Part shown: positions 1 to 10,743 of the stretch, in pieces
Numbering within the stretch: position 1 is the stretch's first letter
Layout: every line of letters starts with the position of its first letter
Assembly: GCA_052246995.1 (NCBI GenBank)
Contig: JBQPWD010000004.1
Span: forward strand, 32,001-96,000
Direction of reading: 5' to 3'
Origin: Candidatus Bathyarchaeota archaeon
GTDB lineage: Archaea > Thermoproteota > Bathyarchaeia > Hecatellales > Hecatellaceae
DNA length: 64,000 bases
Position numbers and translations under genes: made by a program
Notes under the pieces: model-generated
Database searches by the model: none
Told to the model about the DNA's origin: nothing
What the model saw: only the letters and a program-made list of their open reading frames with translations

Positions 1-140
1 TCAAAGCATTCTCCTCTACCGTGAGCAATAAGTCCAGCTAACGCCACAAGACCCTTCTCAAATCCCTCTACAAGTTTTTCACGGATTCTTAAGGATTCAG
101 CTCTTGGATGATTTTCAGGTATATGAAATTTATTGCTCAA
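1..140 (-). CDS. Phosphopantothenate synthetase (archaeal PPS), 5' part; runs off the window edge
   Basis: Manual translation from TTG at 140 gives [46 protein letters not shown]. IPxxHPR and GLIAHGRGE match the archaeal PPS N-terminus. Overlaps the pantoate kinase stop. Confidence 0.85.
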   Translation of the reverse strand, partial: MSNKFHIPENHPRAESLRIREKLVEGFEKGLVALAGLIAHGRGECF

Positions 141-1041
141 TTATCCTCGCCCCTATCAAATCAACATCTGAAGTGATAATTTCACCACCAACCTTTCTAA
201 ACAAGTTAACATAGGGAAAAACATCCTCAAGTTTATCCTCCTTTATAAGTGTAAATAGTGCTTCACCAAACATGTTCATTGAAAATCTCTGTCCGTTATA
301 CCTATCCAAAATATCTAGTACATTTCTTAGCCTTTGAGTGTAAATGTTAACTTCATCAGCAAACATTCTAGAAGCTTTTATGAAAGTTTCAACTGATGGT
401 TTTGCTAGGAAATGTTTCAAAGCTTTTCTTCCAGCCAGATTTATTCTTAACCTAACTTCACGATTTTTCAAGAAGGTCTTTGTTGGTAAAGCTGAGAAAT
501 ATAAAGAAACAACCTTAAAGCTTGACCAGTTAAACTTCCTTATGGAGCCTACCCCTGGAGCACCAGCTTTATCTCTAACCTCAAATCCGCCGAAAGTTTC
601 ACCTATAACAGTCCCAAGACCAGTTTTACATTTGATTTCAGCTAAATGTGCAAGTTGTGCTGCTTCGACTTTAGATAATCCTAAATTTAACGCCTCATTT
701 AAGGCTAGTGACAATCCTAGAACTCCGGCTCCGCTTGTACCGTAACCAGCTCCTACTGGTAGATCGGTTTTATGTATAACTTTAATGTTGTAAGGTTTTT
801 CTACAAGTTTTGAAAGCTCATTTATCAGTGTTAGAGACACGTCAGCTTTGGTTGGAGAACTATTTATGCTTATGCTTACAATCCACCTATGACTTTTCTC
901 CACCTCAACCTCGGTGTACACACCTTTGGTTAGCGAAAAACCTCCGCCAAGAGAACCTTTCCTTAGCAAATTTTTATATTTATCATTTATAATAAAAAAA
1001 CCTGTTATATGAGCTGGTGCGAAGGCTTTAACTTTTTTCAA
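130..1041 (-). CDS. Pantoate kinase (GHMP kinase family)
   Basis: [29 protein letters not shown] motif and AHLAE..TGLGTV; adjacent to PPS. Confidence 0.9.
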   Translation of the reverse strand: MKKVKAFAPAHITGFFIINDKYKNLLRKGSLGGGFSLTKGVYTEVEVEKSHRWIVSISINSSPTKADVSLTLINELSKLVEKPYNIKVIHKTDLPVGAGYGTSGAGVLGLSLALNEALNLGLSKVEAAQLAHLAEIKCKTGLGTVIGETFGGFEVRDKAGAPGVGSIRKFNWSSFKVVSLYFSALPTKTFLKNREVRLRINLAGRKALKHFLAKPSVETFIKASRMFADEVNIYTQRLRNVLDILDRYNGQRFSMNMFGEALFTLIKEDKLEDVFPYVNLFRKVGGEIITSDVDLIGARIIEQ

Positions 1042-1256
1042 CTTAATGAAAAGTTAGTTATTAATGTAAAACTTAAAGATATCCTACAAAACCTTTAAAG
1101 AACTTCATATTTTTTCCATCTATTTTTAACGCTAAACCAAATAAAACAAACATAATCGTAGAAGGTACTGCTTTAACTTTCTAAGCACAAATTTTATGTC
1201 CAAAAAACTGAAATATTAATAAATCACTTTTTAAAGGTAAGTTATCTCATAAAGTA

Positions 1257-2030
1257 ATGGCGAGGAATAAGGCGTTGAGCACGGTAGGTAAAGGAGACTT
1301 CATACTTATAGATTATGTTGCAAAGATAAAGGAGACAGATACAGTATTTGACACAAACATCAGCTCTATTGCAAAGGAGTTGAAAATTTTTAAGGAAGAC
1401 GGAATGTACGAACCTATGCTTGTGGTTGTGGGAGAGGGATGGGTTTTAAAGGGACTTGATGAAAAACTTGTTGGAATTAAGGTTGGAGAAAAAACGGTTA
1501 TTGAACTCCCACCTGAGAAAGCTTTTGGCCCAAGGGATTCAAACAAAATTAAACTTGTCCCTTTACGTAAATTTCAGCAGCAAAAAATAAACCCCTATCC
1601 CGGTATGGAGGTTGAAGTTGATGGTAAACTTGCTGTTGTTAGAAGTGTTGGTTCCGGGAGAGTTCAGGTTGATTTCAACCCTCCACTTGCGGGTAAAACT
1701 TTACTTTACGAGGTTGAAGTTAAGAAAGTCTTACAAACACCATTAGAAAAAGTTAAGGCTTTGATTCGTCGCAGAATACCAAAAATAGACCCTGAAAAGT
1801 TTAATGTTAAATTTTTAGAAAAAAATGTAACAATAGAAATGCCTGAAGAAGCTTTAAACATTGATAGGCTTCAGCTTGCGAAAAGAGGTTTGGCTTTTGA
1901 CGTTCAAAAATTTTTTCCTGATGTTGAAGTTGTAACGTTTGTTGACAACTATGTAAGAAAAAGGAGAAATAGTGTGGAAGGGAAACCTAAAGAGGAAGAA
2001 TCAAAACTTGAACAAAAACTTGACCATTAA
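1257..2030 (+). CDS. slyD: FKBP-type peptidyl-prolyl cis-trans isomerase (archaeal long-type SlyD)
   Basis: VFDT, GEGWVLKGLDE, PPEKAFG and VDFNPPLAGKTL motifs plus the archaeal C-terminal domain. Confidence 0.9.
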   Translation: MARNKALSTVGKGDFILIDYVAKIKETDTVFDTNISSIAKELKIFKEDGMYEPMLVVVGEGWVLKGLDEKLVGIKVGEKTVIELPPEKAFGPRDSNKIKLVPLRKFQQQKINPYPGMEVEVDGKLAVVRSVGSGRVQVDFNPPLAGKTLLYEVEVKKVLQTPLEKVKALIRRRIPKIDPEKFNVKFLEKNVTIEMPEEALNIDRLQLAKRGLAFDVQKFFPDVEVVTFVDNYVRKRRNSVEGKPKEEESKLEQKLDH

Positions 2031-2472
2031 CAGGACATTTAACAGTTCCGTAAATCTTAATAACCTTGCATTTTAACCCAGCTTGCAGTACTTGAGGGAC
2101 ACAATCGTTAAACATTTCACACTGAATATTACTACACTTCTGAGGACTAAACTCTATGATAGCACCCTCAATTGCAAATTTTTGCTTAATATTTACTTTT
2201 AAGCTTGCAGATTCAACTTCAACAAGACAAACCTCCCCACCAGAAAGTTTACACTCAAAAATTCTGTCTCTTACATCAACAACAGTATAACATTTCCCAG
2301 GTTGAAGATTATGACAAACTTTTAAAAGTGAACAATTTAAACATTCCACAGCCAAACCTTGATAGATAAAGGTGTACCCTTTTTTAGCCTTACCGACGCT
2401 GATAAGCGTTAAATTTCTTCTAACTTTACTGGTAGCCATATAGGTTCTTTGGAAACATTTATTAACTAACAA
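1987..2472 (-). CDS. UPF0179 family protein; start probably ATG at 2439
   Basis: AKKGYTFIY, CxxCxLxxVC and several further Cys; OB-like composition. Confidence 0.75.
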   Translation of the reverse strand: MLVNKCFQRTYMATSKVRRNLTLISVGKAKKGYTFIYQGLAVECLNCSLLKVCHNLQPGKCYTVVDVRDRIFECKLSGGEVCLVEVESASLKVNIKQKFAIEGAIIEFSPQKCSNIQCEMFNDCVPQVLQAGLKCKVIKIYGTVKCPVNGQVFVQVLILPL

Positions 2473-2550
2473 GGTTATTTCTAAACTAGCTAATATGCCT
2501 TAAGCTTTTCACCTTTTACCAGTTAGAAACAATTTTAATGGGGTAAGTTC

Positions 2551-3201
2551 ATGCTCGGTAATAAACATCCATACCATTCACAGCTAGAAAACTTAAAACT
2601 TAAAGGAACAACAACAGTAGGAGTTATATGTGAAGACGGTGTTGTGTTAGCTACCGATACAAGGGTTACAATGGGGTATTTTATAGCTCACAAACATGGA
2701 AAAAAGGTTTACAAGATTGATGACCATTTAGCAATGACTATTGCGGGAGTTGTTGCTGATGCACAAAATGTTGTTGATGTTTTAAAGGCTAATGTAAGGG
2801 TGTTTAAGCTTACAAATGGTAGACCGATAACAGTAAATGCTGCTGCAAGACTTGCAGCGAACATACTCTTTCGTAGCAGATACTTTCCATTAGTGCTTCA
2901 AGCAATTATTGCTGGAGTTGATGATGATGGACCGCACATATTTTCACTAGATCCCTTGGGAAGTTTGACGGAGGAGAAAAAGTTTTTTGCTACAGGCTCA
3001 GGCTCACCTATTGCCTTAGGAATACTTGAAGATGGCTATAGAGATGGGTTAACTATTAAGGATGCTATACCTCTAGTTGTTAGAGCTATTAAATCAGCCA
3101 TGAAAAGAGATGCTGCAAGCGGGGATAGTTTTGATGTTTCGGTGGTAACTAAAGATGGTTATATGGAATTAAGTGAAGAGGAAAAGCAAAAGTATGGTTA
3201 A
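2551..3201 (+). CDS. psmB: Proteasome subunit beta
   Basis: Short propeptide then G|TTTVG (catalytic Thr), D-T-R, GSGS and RDAASG. Confidence 0.97.
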   Translation: MLGNKHPYHSQLENLKLKGTTTVGVICEDGVVLATDTRVTMGYFIAHKHGKKVYKIDDHLAMTIAGVVADAQNVVDVLKANVRVFKLTNGRPITVNAAARLAANILFRSRYFPLVLQAIIAGVDDDGPHIFSLDPLGSLTEEKKFFATGSGSPIALGILEDGYRDGLTIKDAIPLVVRAIKSAMKRDAASGDSFDVSVVTKDGYMELSEEEKQKYG

Positions 3202-3305
3202 GTCTATTAATTCAATTCCCTTTACTTACCAGGTTTCCGCCAATTTAAGATTTAACATGTAATAAAAAGCAACTACAACGGTTAGTATTGAGGGATTTTT
3301 AAGAG

Positions 3306-5237
3306 ATGAAAAGAGAAACTGTAGATTCGTCAAGAAAAAGTATAAAAAGTATAATTGATGTTGTACTTCAGTATATTCCAAAAGAAGCTGAAGTTTCACG
3401 AATAGAGTTTGAAGGACCAAGACTTGCAATATACACAAAGAAGCCTGAAATTCTACTTGAACAAAGCTATATAATAACAGACCTTGTAAACAAGATAAGA
3501 AAGAGAGTTATCTTACGTTGCGATCCGTCCATAAGGATGAATGAAGAAGAAGCTAAGAAAGCTATAGAAAAGATTGTAAGCCCTGAGGCTGAAATAACTC
3601 AAATGTTTTTTGACCCGGTAGTTGGCGAAGTTATCATTGAGGCTAGAAAACCTGGACTTGTAATATCCAAAAATGGTTTAACTTTCCAAGAGATTATTAA
3701 AACAACTAAATGGCGACCACGTGTTTTAAGAACTCCGCCAATATCATCCAAAATTATTGCTCATGTGAGATACTACCTTTATAATGAAGCTGAAGAGAGA
3801 AAGAAAATACTTCATGACGTTGGTGAAAGAATTTTTAGACAACCATTGCATAAAGGTAAGGAGCTACTCATTACACCCCTAGGAGGTTTTCAACAGGTTG
3901 GCAGGTCAGCAATGCTCATAAGAACTAGGGAAAGTATGGTTCTTGTTGATTGTGGAATTAACCCAGCATCCACAAACCCTGAGGAAGCTTACCCTAGACT
4001 TGATGTTGAAGAGTTTGATGTAGAAGCTCTTGATGCTGTCGTTATTTCACATGCACATCTAGACCATTGTGGATTACTTCCAATATTATTCAAGTACGGA
4101 TACGATGGTCCTATCTACTGTTCTGAGCCAACTTTACATCTCATGATTTTGCTTCAACTAGATTACTTAGATGTTCTAAAAAGAGAAGGTAAAACATTAC
4201 CTTATGACCAGAAAGATGTGCGGGAGGTTGTAACTCATACTATTCCTGTTAGTTTTGGTGTGGTTACAGACATATCCCCAGATATAAGGTTAACCTTACA
4301 CAACTCAGGACATATTTTAGGTTCATCCGTTGTACATTTACATATAGGTGATGGACTCCATAACATAGTTTATACTGGAGATTTTAAATTCATGAAAACC
4401 ATGCTTCTTGAAGCGTCATCAACAACTTTTCCAAGAGTTGAAACATTAATAATGGAGAGCACATACGGTGGGTCTGAAGATATTATGCCTCCGAGGTTTG
4501 AAGTTGAGCAGAGATTTGCAACCATAGTAAACCAAACAATAAACAATAACGGAAAAGTTTTAATACCAGTTTTAGCTGTTGGAAGAGCTCAGGAGATAAT
4601 GGTTGTCATTAACGAGTATATGGAGCGGGGGATAATCTCCCAAGTTCCGGTTTTTATTGATGGAATGATAAATGAAGTCACAGCAATCCATACAGCCTTT
4701 CCAGAGCATCTTTCAAAAGAGCTGCAAAATAAAATACTGCATGAAGATGTAAATCCATTCCAATCTGAACAGTTTTTTATAATTAAGCACGCAAGTGGAA
4801 GAGAAGAAGTTTTTAGCGAAAAATCATGTATAATCCTTGCAACATCAGGCATGCTTGAAGGTGGTCCTGCTCTTGAATACTTTATGGAGCTTGCCCCTGA
4901 TGAAAAAAACACTATAATGTTTGTGTCCTATCAAATTGAAGGAACTCTTGGAAGGCGTATATTAAACGGTCTTAGAGAAGTCTCGATGGTAGATTCTGAA
5001 GGTAAAATTAGAGTTGTAAAGGTTAAAGCTCGAGTTGAATCTGTTGAAGGTTTTTCAGGACATAGTGACAGAAACCAGCTTTTAAATTATGTTAAAAGGA
5101 TAACTCCTAAACCTCAAAGGGTTATCATCTGCCATGGTGAAAAATCAAAAAGTTTAAGTCTTTCGTTGGCAATTGAAAAAACATTTAAGATTAAGTGTAG
5201 TGTTCCACCAATACTTGAAACAACAAGAGTTTACTAG
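3306..5237 (+). CDS. fttA: beta-CASP ribonuclease aCPSF1 (termination factor FttA)
   Basis: N-terminal KH domains (FEGP, KPGLVI), SHAHLDH metallo-beta-lactamase motif, GFSGHSD; follows psmB as in many archaea. Confidence 0.95.
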   Translation: MKRETVDSSRKSIKSIIDVVLQYIPKEAEVSRIEFEGPRLAIYTKKPEILLEQSYIITDLVNKIRKRVILRCDPSIRMNEEEAKKAIEKIVSPEAEITQMFFDPVVGEVIIEARKPGLVISKNGLTFQEIIKTTKWRPRVLRTPPISSKIIAHVRYYLYNEAEERKKILHDVGERIFRQPLHKGKELLITPLGGFQQVGRSAMLIRTRESMVLVDCGINPASTNPEEAYPRLDVEEFDVEALDAVVISHAHLDHCGLLPILFKYGYDGPIYCSEPTLHLMILLQLDYLDVLKREGKTLPYDQKDVREVVTHTIPVSFGVVTDISPDIRLTLHNSGHILGSSVVHLHIGDGLHNIVYTGDFKFMKTMLLEASSTTFPRVETLIMESTYGGSEDIMPPRFEVEQRFATIVNQTINNNGKVLIPVLAVGRAQEIMVVINEYMERGIISQVPVFIDGMINEVTAIHTAFPEHLSKELQNKILHEDVNPFQSEQFFIIKHASGREEVFSEKSCIILATSGMLEGGPALEYFMELAPDEKNTIMFVSYQIEGTLGRRILNGLREVSMVDSEGKIRVVKVKARVESVEGFSGHSDRNQLLNYVKRITPKPQRVIICHGEKSKSLSLSLAIEKTFKIKCSVPPILETTRVY

Positions 5238-5240
5238 CTT

Positions 5241-5540
5241 TTAGGATGGTGATTTTCCCCGCCAAATTTTTATTGATGAGGGTGTCATTACAATTCTCTC
5301 CTCTCCAAGTCTAGCTATATCTCCATCAATAACTTGAGAGAAGGCTTTAAGTTCGTCTATGGCATTTTTAACCTCCTCAATGTTTTTTATCGCTAAAGGA
5401 GTAATCTTTATGATTAAAACATTTCCCATTTTAAGTTCTTCTTTAATCTTTTCAACATCGCTGTAATCTTTCAAAGAAATTGCCTTAATATAGGTTACAG
5501 GTTTTTCGCTTCTAAACCCTCCTCCATCTGCTACACTCAT
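5241..5540 (-). CDS. sepF: Cell division protein SepF (archaeal)
   Basis: ELKMGNVLII and DGDIARLGEERIVMTP pattern. Confidence 0.85.
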   Translation of the reverse strand: MSVADGGGFRSEKPVTYIKAISLKDYSDVEKIKEELKMGNVLIIKITPLAIKNIEEVKNAIDELKAFSQVIDGDIARLGEERIVMTPSSIKIWRGKSPS

Positions 5541-5746
5541 TTTTGTTCACTTCTACCTGATAGTTGTTTTTACTGATTTGATACCTTAGTTCATTATTAA
5601 GGTTGAAACTTAAAAAGATTTTTTTCGGTAAACTGCACCTACTTCGCAAGTCCTGGATTATGCTTTACGCTAGAGTAATATACAAGAAGACATTAAAAAT
5701 GATGTTTACCTATAAAAACGTTTAACTTGACTTGTAAACCTTACAT

Positions 5747-6253
5747 TCAGGTTTTAATGTTTTGAATTGTACACCAAACTTTATCTCCAACATAATGAAT
5801 ATTTTTTATAACTTTTCCACTACTCATTCTCATAATTTCTTCCATTGAATATAGGCTTAAACCAACAGCAAACGGTTTATTATACTTCTCATCAACAATT
5901 GCTACAACTGAGTTTGACTGAAAATCTCCAACAATTTTTACAATACCAGGACGCATAACATCAGCTCCACGACATATGTAAGGTATTGCAGCTTGGTCAA
6001 CCACAACTTTTGGAAGTTTAGCAAGTCCGCCCTCAAAAATAAGTGTAGGAAAAAACTTTTCATCCATTTTAAGTATTAACGGAGCGCCATCTATCACATA
6101 AATTTGGAAGTTTTCTGCTTCAACCTTTTCCATAGAGTGTTTTTTGATAATGGATAGCTTATCTACTAAAGCTTGAGATAGACTTTCAGGTAAAGAGTAG
6201 TATAATTTAACGGCATCCTTAGCCTTAATAAAACATCTTTTAATACTCCTCAA
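5747..6253 (-). CDS. PUA-domain RNA-binding protein
   Basis: FPTL, VVDQAA...GADVMRPGI, GKVIKNIHYVGD. Confidence 0.9.
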   Translation of the reverse strand: MRSIKRCFIKAKDAVKLYYSLPESLSQALVDKLSIIKKHSMEKVEAENFQIYVIDGAPLILKMDEKFFPTLIFEGGLAKLPKVVVDQAAIPYICRGADVMRPGIVKIVGDFQSNSVVAIVDEKYNKPFAVGLSLYSMEEIMRMSSGKVIKNIHYVGDKVWCTIQNIKT

Positions 6254-6363
6254 CTCGTTTACAATATATTATTCATTGACTTTAAAACATTTAGTTTAAA
6301 CTTTAAAGCGATATTTTTAAATTATAGCTGTTTCTCTCTTCTAACAAGAGAAGAAAATTTGGG

Positions 6364-6600
6364 TTGATTCCAATGCCAAACGAGATGGCGATAAAACTTC
6401 TCGAAGAAAGTGTTGGAAAAGTTGTTCTTGTAAAACTTAAGGGTGGAAAAAGCATCAGGGGAGTACTTCAAGGATTTGACCAGCATATGAACCTACTACT
6501 TGGAGATGCTGAAGATATTACTGTCCCTGATAAGGTTGATAAGCTTGGAGTAATAGTAGTGAGAGGAGATAATGTAATTCTCATTTCTCCACCAAAGTAA
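6364..6600 (+). CDS. Sm-like archaeal protein (LSm/SmAP)
   Basis: Sm1 [10 protein letters not shown] and Sm2 [12 protein letters not shown] motifs. Confidence 0.95.
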   Translation: MIPMPNEMAIKLLEESVGKVVLVKLKGGKSIRGVLQGFDQHMNLLLGDAEDITVPDKVDKLGVIVVRGDNVILISPPK

Positions 6601-6999
6601 GGTGTAAAAGATAATGGTTGAAATGTTTTGCCTATCCAACTTATGGAGGTTCTATCTGTTTGGAAAAAGGTTCAAAACAAGAATGTAAAAATTTTGGCTG
6701 GTTTAAATTTGAGAATTGGATTTAACTAGCAGTGATGCTTTACTTCGTTAACTAAGAAGAGGGTTTAGAGGACATTAAACAGAAGTTCTAGATAAAGAGG
6801 CCGGGCAGGGTTTAACGATGTAGAAGCCATATTTTTCTATTACCTTAGCATTTTCAAATGACATTACTTTAAAAAATGGAGACAAAAATTTTTAAATAAA
6901 ATAAGGAATAAAAGTTTCAGGTAAGGAAGGTAACAAAAAACTATTATATTGTGTTAAAAGGTAGATTAATTGAATTCAGGATTTTGAGGTTGAAGTTTT

Positions 7000-7161
7000 A
7001 TGGCTATATCTATGGGTAAGTTTAACAAACCAACACATGCAAGATGTAGAAGATGTGGTAGGAGGGCATATCATGTATCAAAAAAAAGGTGTGCTGCATG
7101 TGGGTATGGTGAAACAAGTAGGCTTAAAAAAAGCTTAACAAGGTTAAGAGGAAAACCTTAA
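7000..7161 (+). CDS. rpl37e: 50S ribosomal protein L37e (53 aa, absent from ORF track)
   Basis: Manual translation [53 protein letters not shown]; CRRCG...CAACG zinc finger; usual neighbour of Sm genes. Confidence 0.95.
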   Translation: MAISMGKFNKPTHARCRRCGRRAYHVSKKRCAACGYGETSRLKKSLTRLRGKP

Positions 7162-7422
7162 ACCATTAAAAAGCTAAATTTTAGGTACTCCTCCCCTGCT
7201 TGGTTCTACATTTTTCCCCCGTATTTTAATAATTGATTGTTAAGCCTAGTAAAGTTTTCAACAATTTGCATCGTTTCTAAGACATTCAAGATTTCGTAAA
7301 GTTATTTAATTTAAAAGAGGGTTGTGGAGTAGGATTGACGAATTTTACCACGACTACCTGAGTTTACTTGGACATAAAACTTTTAATTTTATAACGAAAA
7401 CTTATTAGGGAGAGAACTAGTT

Positions 7423-8034
7423 TTGCTTGAATATTTGATTTCCATCATAATTCTAGGGTTGGCTGCTGGCTTCTGCCCCATTCAAGTAGCCTTTCTCACA
7501 CCTTTTGCTGTTAAACTATTTGGTGGAGGAAGGGGTTTCAGTATGGTTTTTAAATTTTCCTTAAGCTTTTCAATACCATTAATCCTTATTGGAGTTGCCA
7601 TAAGTAAGTTTGGAAGCCTTTTCGACACGGAACATGTTAAATTAGTGTCTGGAGTTCTTCTACTCTTTCTAAGCCTTTTTATGTTTAGAATCTTAAAGTT
7701 TAAATGGGGAAGGAAGTTAAAACATGGAAATTTTGGTTCAAAGGACTACGTGCTAGGGCTAACATACGGTGTTTTAACAATTGGTAGAGGTGCTCCTTTT
7801 CTTCTTTCAGTCCTCATAATCCTGTCAAACACCAGAAATGTTCTGGCTTCTGCCATCGCCGTGCTTATCTACTCACAGTTGATGGTGTTACCTATTTTAA
7901 TCCTAGTAATGGCGGCTGAGTGGAGGATAAAGGATAAGCTTGTAACGTATGGAAAACTTTTAGACTTTATAGTAGGTGTTATGTTAGTGGTTTTAGCCTT
8001 TTACTTTATAACTTCTGCCTTAAGCTTGGTTTAG
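7423..8034 (+). CDS. CcdA/DsbD-like membrane protein
   Basis: About six hydrophobic segments; GLAAGFCP in the first helix. Confidence 0.55.
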   Translation: MLEYLISIIILGLAAGFCPIQVAFLTPFAVKLFGGGRGFSMVFKFSLSFSIPLILIGVAISKFGSLFDTEHVKLVSGVLLLFLSLFMFRILKFKWGRKLKHGNFGSKDYVLGLTYGVLTIGRGAPFLLSVLIILSNTRNVLASAIAVLIYSQLMVLPILILVMAAEWRIKDKLVTYGKLLDFIVGVMLVVLAFYFITSALSLV

Positions 8035-8077
8035 CAGACGAAATGTCCTCTTAAAACTGGAGGATGCCTCCGCAAAC

Positions 8078-8608
8078 TTATGTGGGTGAGGCTGTTGCTG
8101 CTGGTACTAGTTTGAAGCCTGAGGTTTTGGAACCTGTAACTTTTGGGTTTATGTCTATTAACAGGTATGAGGTTTGACCTGTATTTACTTGTACTCCACC
8201 CTTTGTTATGGTTATGGTTAGTTTTTCTGGTGGAACAGTAGCCGTGTAGTTTACTCCATCTACCGTTACAATTGCATCTTTTATTTGAAATCTAACTAGA
8301 TTGTATTTTCCTGCTTGTAGATTTGTATTTCCAACAACTTTGCTCATGTTTACCACGCTTAACAGGTTTATCCATCCCTCGTCTGCAACTTTGTACCATC
8401 CAGTTCCATTACCAGCCTCTGCTCTATGCACCATCACCTCACCATAATGAATGTAAATGTTTGATGCATACCCCCATTCTCTAGGCGGATCCGTCATCAT
8501 AGCACATAACGTGCCATACCCATATACATGTTGAATGGTAAGGTAGGCAACAGATCCTGCAATTATTACTAAACCAAGCATAGTAAACAGTATAGCCTTC
8601 ATCTTCAC
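8078..8608 (-). CDS. Secreted or membrane-anchored DUF4382-like protein
   Basis: N-terminal hydrophobic segment, TDPP, AGKYNLVRF, beta-rich body. Confidence 0.65.
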   Translation of the reverse strand: MKMKAILFTMLGLVIIAGSVAYLTIQHVYGYGTLCAMMTDPPREWGYASNIYIHYGEVMVHRAEAGNGTGWYKVADEGWINLLSVVNMSKVVGNTNLQAGKYNLVRFQIKDAIVTVDGVNYTATVPPEKLTITITKGGVQVNTGQTSYLLIDINPKVTGSKTSGFKLVPAATASPT

Positions 8609-8659
8609 TTTACATCACCTATCAAGAAGTATGTAAAAAAAAAGAGATAAAGAACACTG

Positions 8660-8724
8660 TGAAACACGTGTTTCAAACTAGGCAAAAACACGACTGAAAA
8701 TGAAAATGTGTGTTTCTTTGCCTA
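8660..8724. promoter_or_regulatory. Perfect 16-bp palindrome plus adjacent imperfect inverted repeat in a divergent intergenic region
   Basis: TGAAACACGTGTTTCA at 8660-8675; TAGGCAAAAACAC...GTGTTTCTTTGCCTA at 8679-8724. Confidence 0.45.
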
Positions 8725-8933
8725 AAATAAGGCATAAAAAATTCAGGACTGGTTTGAAGTTGATTGAAAAGAATTAGCAAATTTTCCAGAGTATACAAGC
8801 TATGTTGACTACTGCAAAAAAGCAAGAGAATTATATGTTAGTTTTTAGCAGTTTTCTATACTTTTGAATTTCTAAAAACTAAAATTTAAATGGGATATTT
8901 TCAGGGTATCAAATTAGATAAGGTGCCAATAAA

Positions 8934-10586
8934 ATGTCTAGAAATATTTATGAAAGAAAACCATGGCTGAAGAACTACAACTCCTTTGTTCCAGAAACTC
9001 TTGAATATCCTAATGTTCCCATATCCTACCTCGTTAAATCTTCTGTTAAGGATTTTCCTGAAAAACCTGCACTATATTATGGGAATAGAAAAGTAACCTA
9101 TAGAGAGTTTGGCGATTATATTGCAAGATTTGCCGCAGCCCTTGATGAAATGGGCGTTAAGAAGGGGGACAGGATTGGCATCCTATGTTTAAATACACCT
9201 CAATATCTCATAACATTCTATGGAGCTCTGGAAATTGGAGCTGTACCAACAGGTGTTAATCCGCTTCTTACACCAAGAGAACTAGAGTATATACTGGTTG
9301 ATGCGGATATCGAAACACTAGTTACGTTAGACCTTTTCCTACCTCGTGTTCAAGAGGTAAAAGAAAAAACTAGTCTTAAACATGTCATAGTTACTAGGCT
9401 TAATGATTTTCCGGGGGATGAATCTTTACCGGAGCCTCAAAAGATAATAGGTACAATATCATTTTTAGACTTACTTAAACATGATTCAAATCCTCCTCAA
9501 GCTAAAATAGATCCAAAAAATGATTTAGCGATTCTTCAATATACTGCCGGAACGACAGGCTTACCTAAAGGGGTAATGTTAACTCATGCAAATATCGTTG
9601 CAAACATAACTCAAATCTTAGCATGGTTAGAGTTTAAGAAGGGAGAGGAAATAGTTTGTTCATCGTTTCCATTCTTTCACCTAGCTGGTTTGGCTTTTAA
9701 CATGGTTGCTGTGGCTGCAACAGCAGCACAAGTACTTATAACTAATCCAAGAGATATTGAAACAACGTTTGACCTCATAGACAAGCATCATCCATCAATT
9801 TTATGTAATGTTCCAACAATCTACATTATGCTTTTAAGACATCCAAGATTCAATAGTTCAGCTATAGGGAAGGTAAGAATGTTTGTGAGTGGAGCAGCTC
9901 CACTTCCCACAGAAATCTTAAGGGAGTACCAGCAAAAGACTAATGGCGTAATGATTGAAGTTTGGGGAATGACCGAAGCTAGCCCAGTGCTTACAGCAAA
10001 CCCTGTTAAGGGACATAAAAAAGCTGGTTCGGTAGGGATACCTCTTCCAGATACTATGGTTAAAGTTGTAGACATGGAAACCGGGGTTAAAGAACTTCCG
10101 ATAGGTGAACAAGGTGAGCTTATAGCACAAGGTCCACAAGTTTTCTATAAAGGCTACTGGAAAAAGCCTAAGGAAACAGCAGAAGCATTAAAGAATGGAT
10201 GGTACTACACTGGAGACGTAGGCTACATGGATGAAGATGGCTACTTCTACATTGTAGATAGAAAAAAGGATATAATCAATGTTTCAGGTTATAAGGTTGC
10301 CTCAAGAGAAGTAGACGACATACTACTCCAGCATCCAGCAGTTAGCATGGCGGCAACTATAGGTATTCCAGACCCTGAACGGCCAGGAAGCGAGGTCGTA
10401 AAAACTTATATTGTGCTAAAAGAGGGATATAAACCGAGCCCTGAACTAGCTGAGGAAATTAAACAATGGTTAAGAAAACTTCTAGCACCTTACAAAATCC
10501 CAAAAATTATTGAATTTAGGAGGGAGTTGCCGCTTAGCGCTACAGGAAAAATTCTTAAGAGGGAATTAAAGAAAGAAACGGTATGA
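8934..10586 (+). CDS. Long-chain fatty acid--CoA ligase (AMP-binding family)
   Basis: YTAGTTGLPKG, WGMTE, YTGD, VDRKKD and TGKILK motifs. Confidence 0.93.
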   Translation: MSRNIYERKPWLKNYNSFVPETLEYPNVPISYLVKSSVKDFPEKPALYYGNRKVTYREFGDYIARFAAALDEMGVKKGDRIGILCLNTPQYLITFYGALEIGAVPTGVNPLLTPRELEYILVDADIETLVTLDLFLPRVQEVKEKTSLKHVIVTRLNDFPGDESLPEPQKIIGTISFLDLLKHDSNPPQAKIDPKNDLAILQYTAGTTGLPKGVMLTHANIVANITQILAWLEFKKGEEIVCSSFPFFHLAGLAFNMVAVAATAAQVLITNPRDIETTFDLIDKHHPSILCNVPTIYIMLLRHPRFNSSAIGKVRMFVSGAAPLPTEILREYQQKTNGVMIEVWGMTEASPVLTANPVKGHKKAGSVGIPLPDTMVKVVDMETGVKELPIGEQGELIAQGPQVFYKGYWKKPKETAEALKNGWYYTGDVGYMDEDGYFYIVDRKKDIINVSGYKVASREVDDILLQHPAVSMAATIGIPDPERPGSEVVKTYIVLKEGYKPSPELAEEIKQWLRKLLAPYKIPKIIEFRRELPLSATGKILKRELKKETV

Positions 10587-10630
10587 AACAAGATAGGATT
10601 TATTTTTAAACAAAGGTATAAAAATATAAG

Positions 10631-10650
10631 AAAAGGGAAGTCATATAAAA
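10631..10650 (+). promoter_or_regulatory. Putative BRE/TATA promoter of tRNA-Ala
   Basis: Purine run AAAAGGGAAG then CATATAAA about 20-27 nt upstream of the tRNA. Confidence 0.5.
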
Positions 10651-10668
10651 GGTAGAGAAACCTGAAAT

Positions 10669-10743
10669 GGGCCGGTAGATCAGCATGGAATGATCGTCCG
10701 CTTGGCATGCGGAAGGTCGCGGGTTCAAGTCCCGCCCGGTCCA
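10669..10743 (+). tRNA. tRNA-Ala(GGC)
   Basis: Acceptor GGGCCGG/CCGGTCC with G3:U70, anticodon arm TCCGC-TTGGCAT-GCGGA, T-arm GCGGG-TTCAAGT-CCCGC. Confidence 0.97.
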
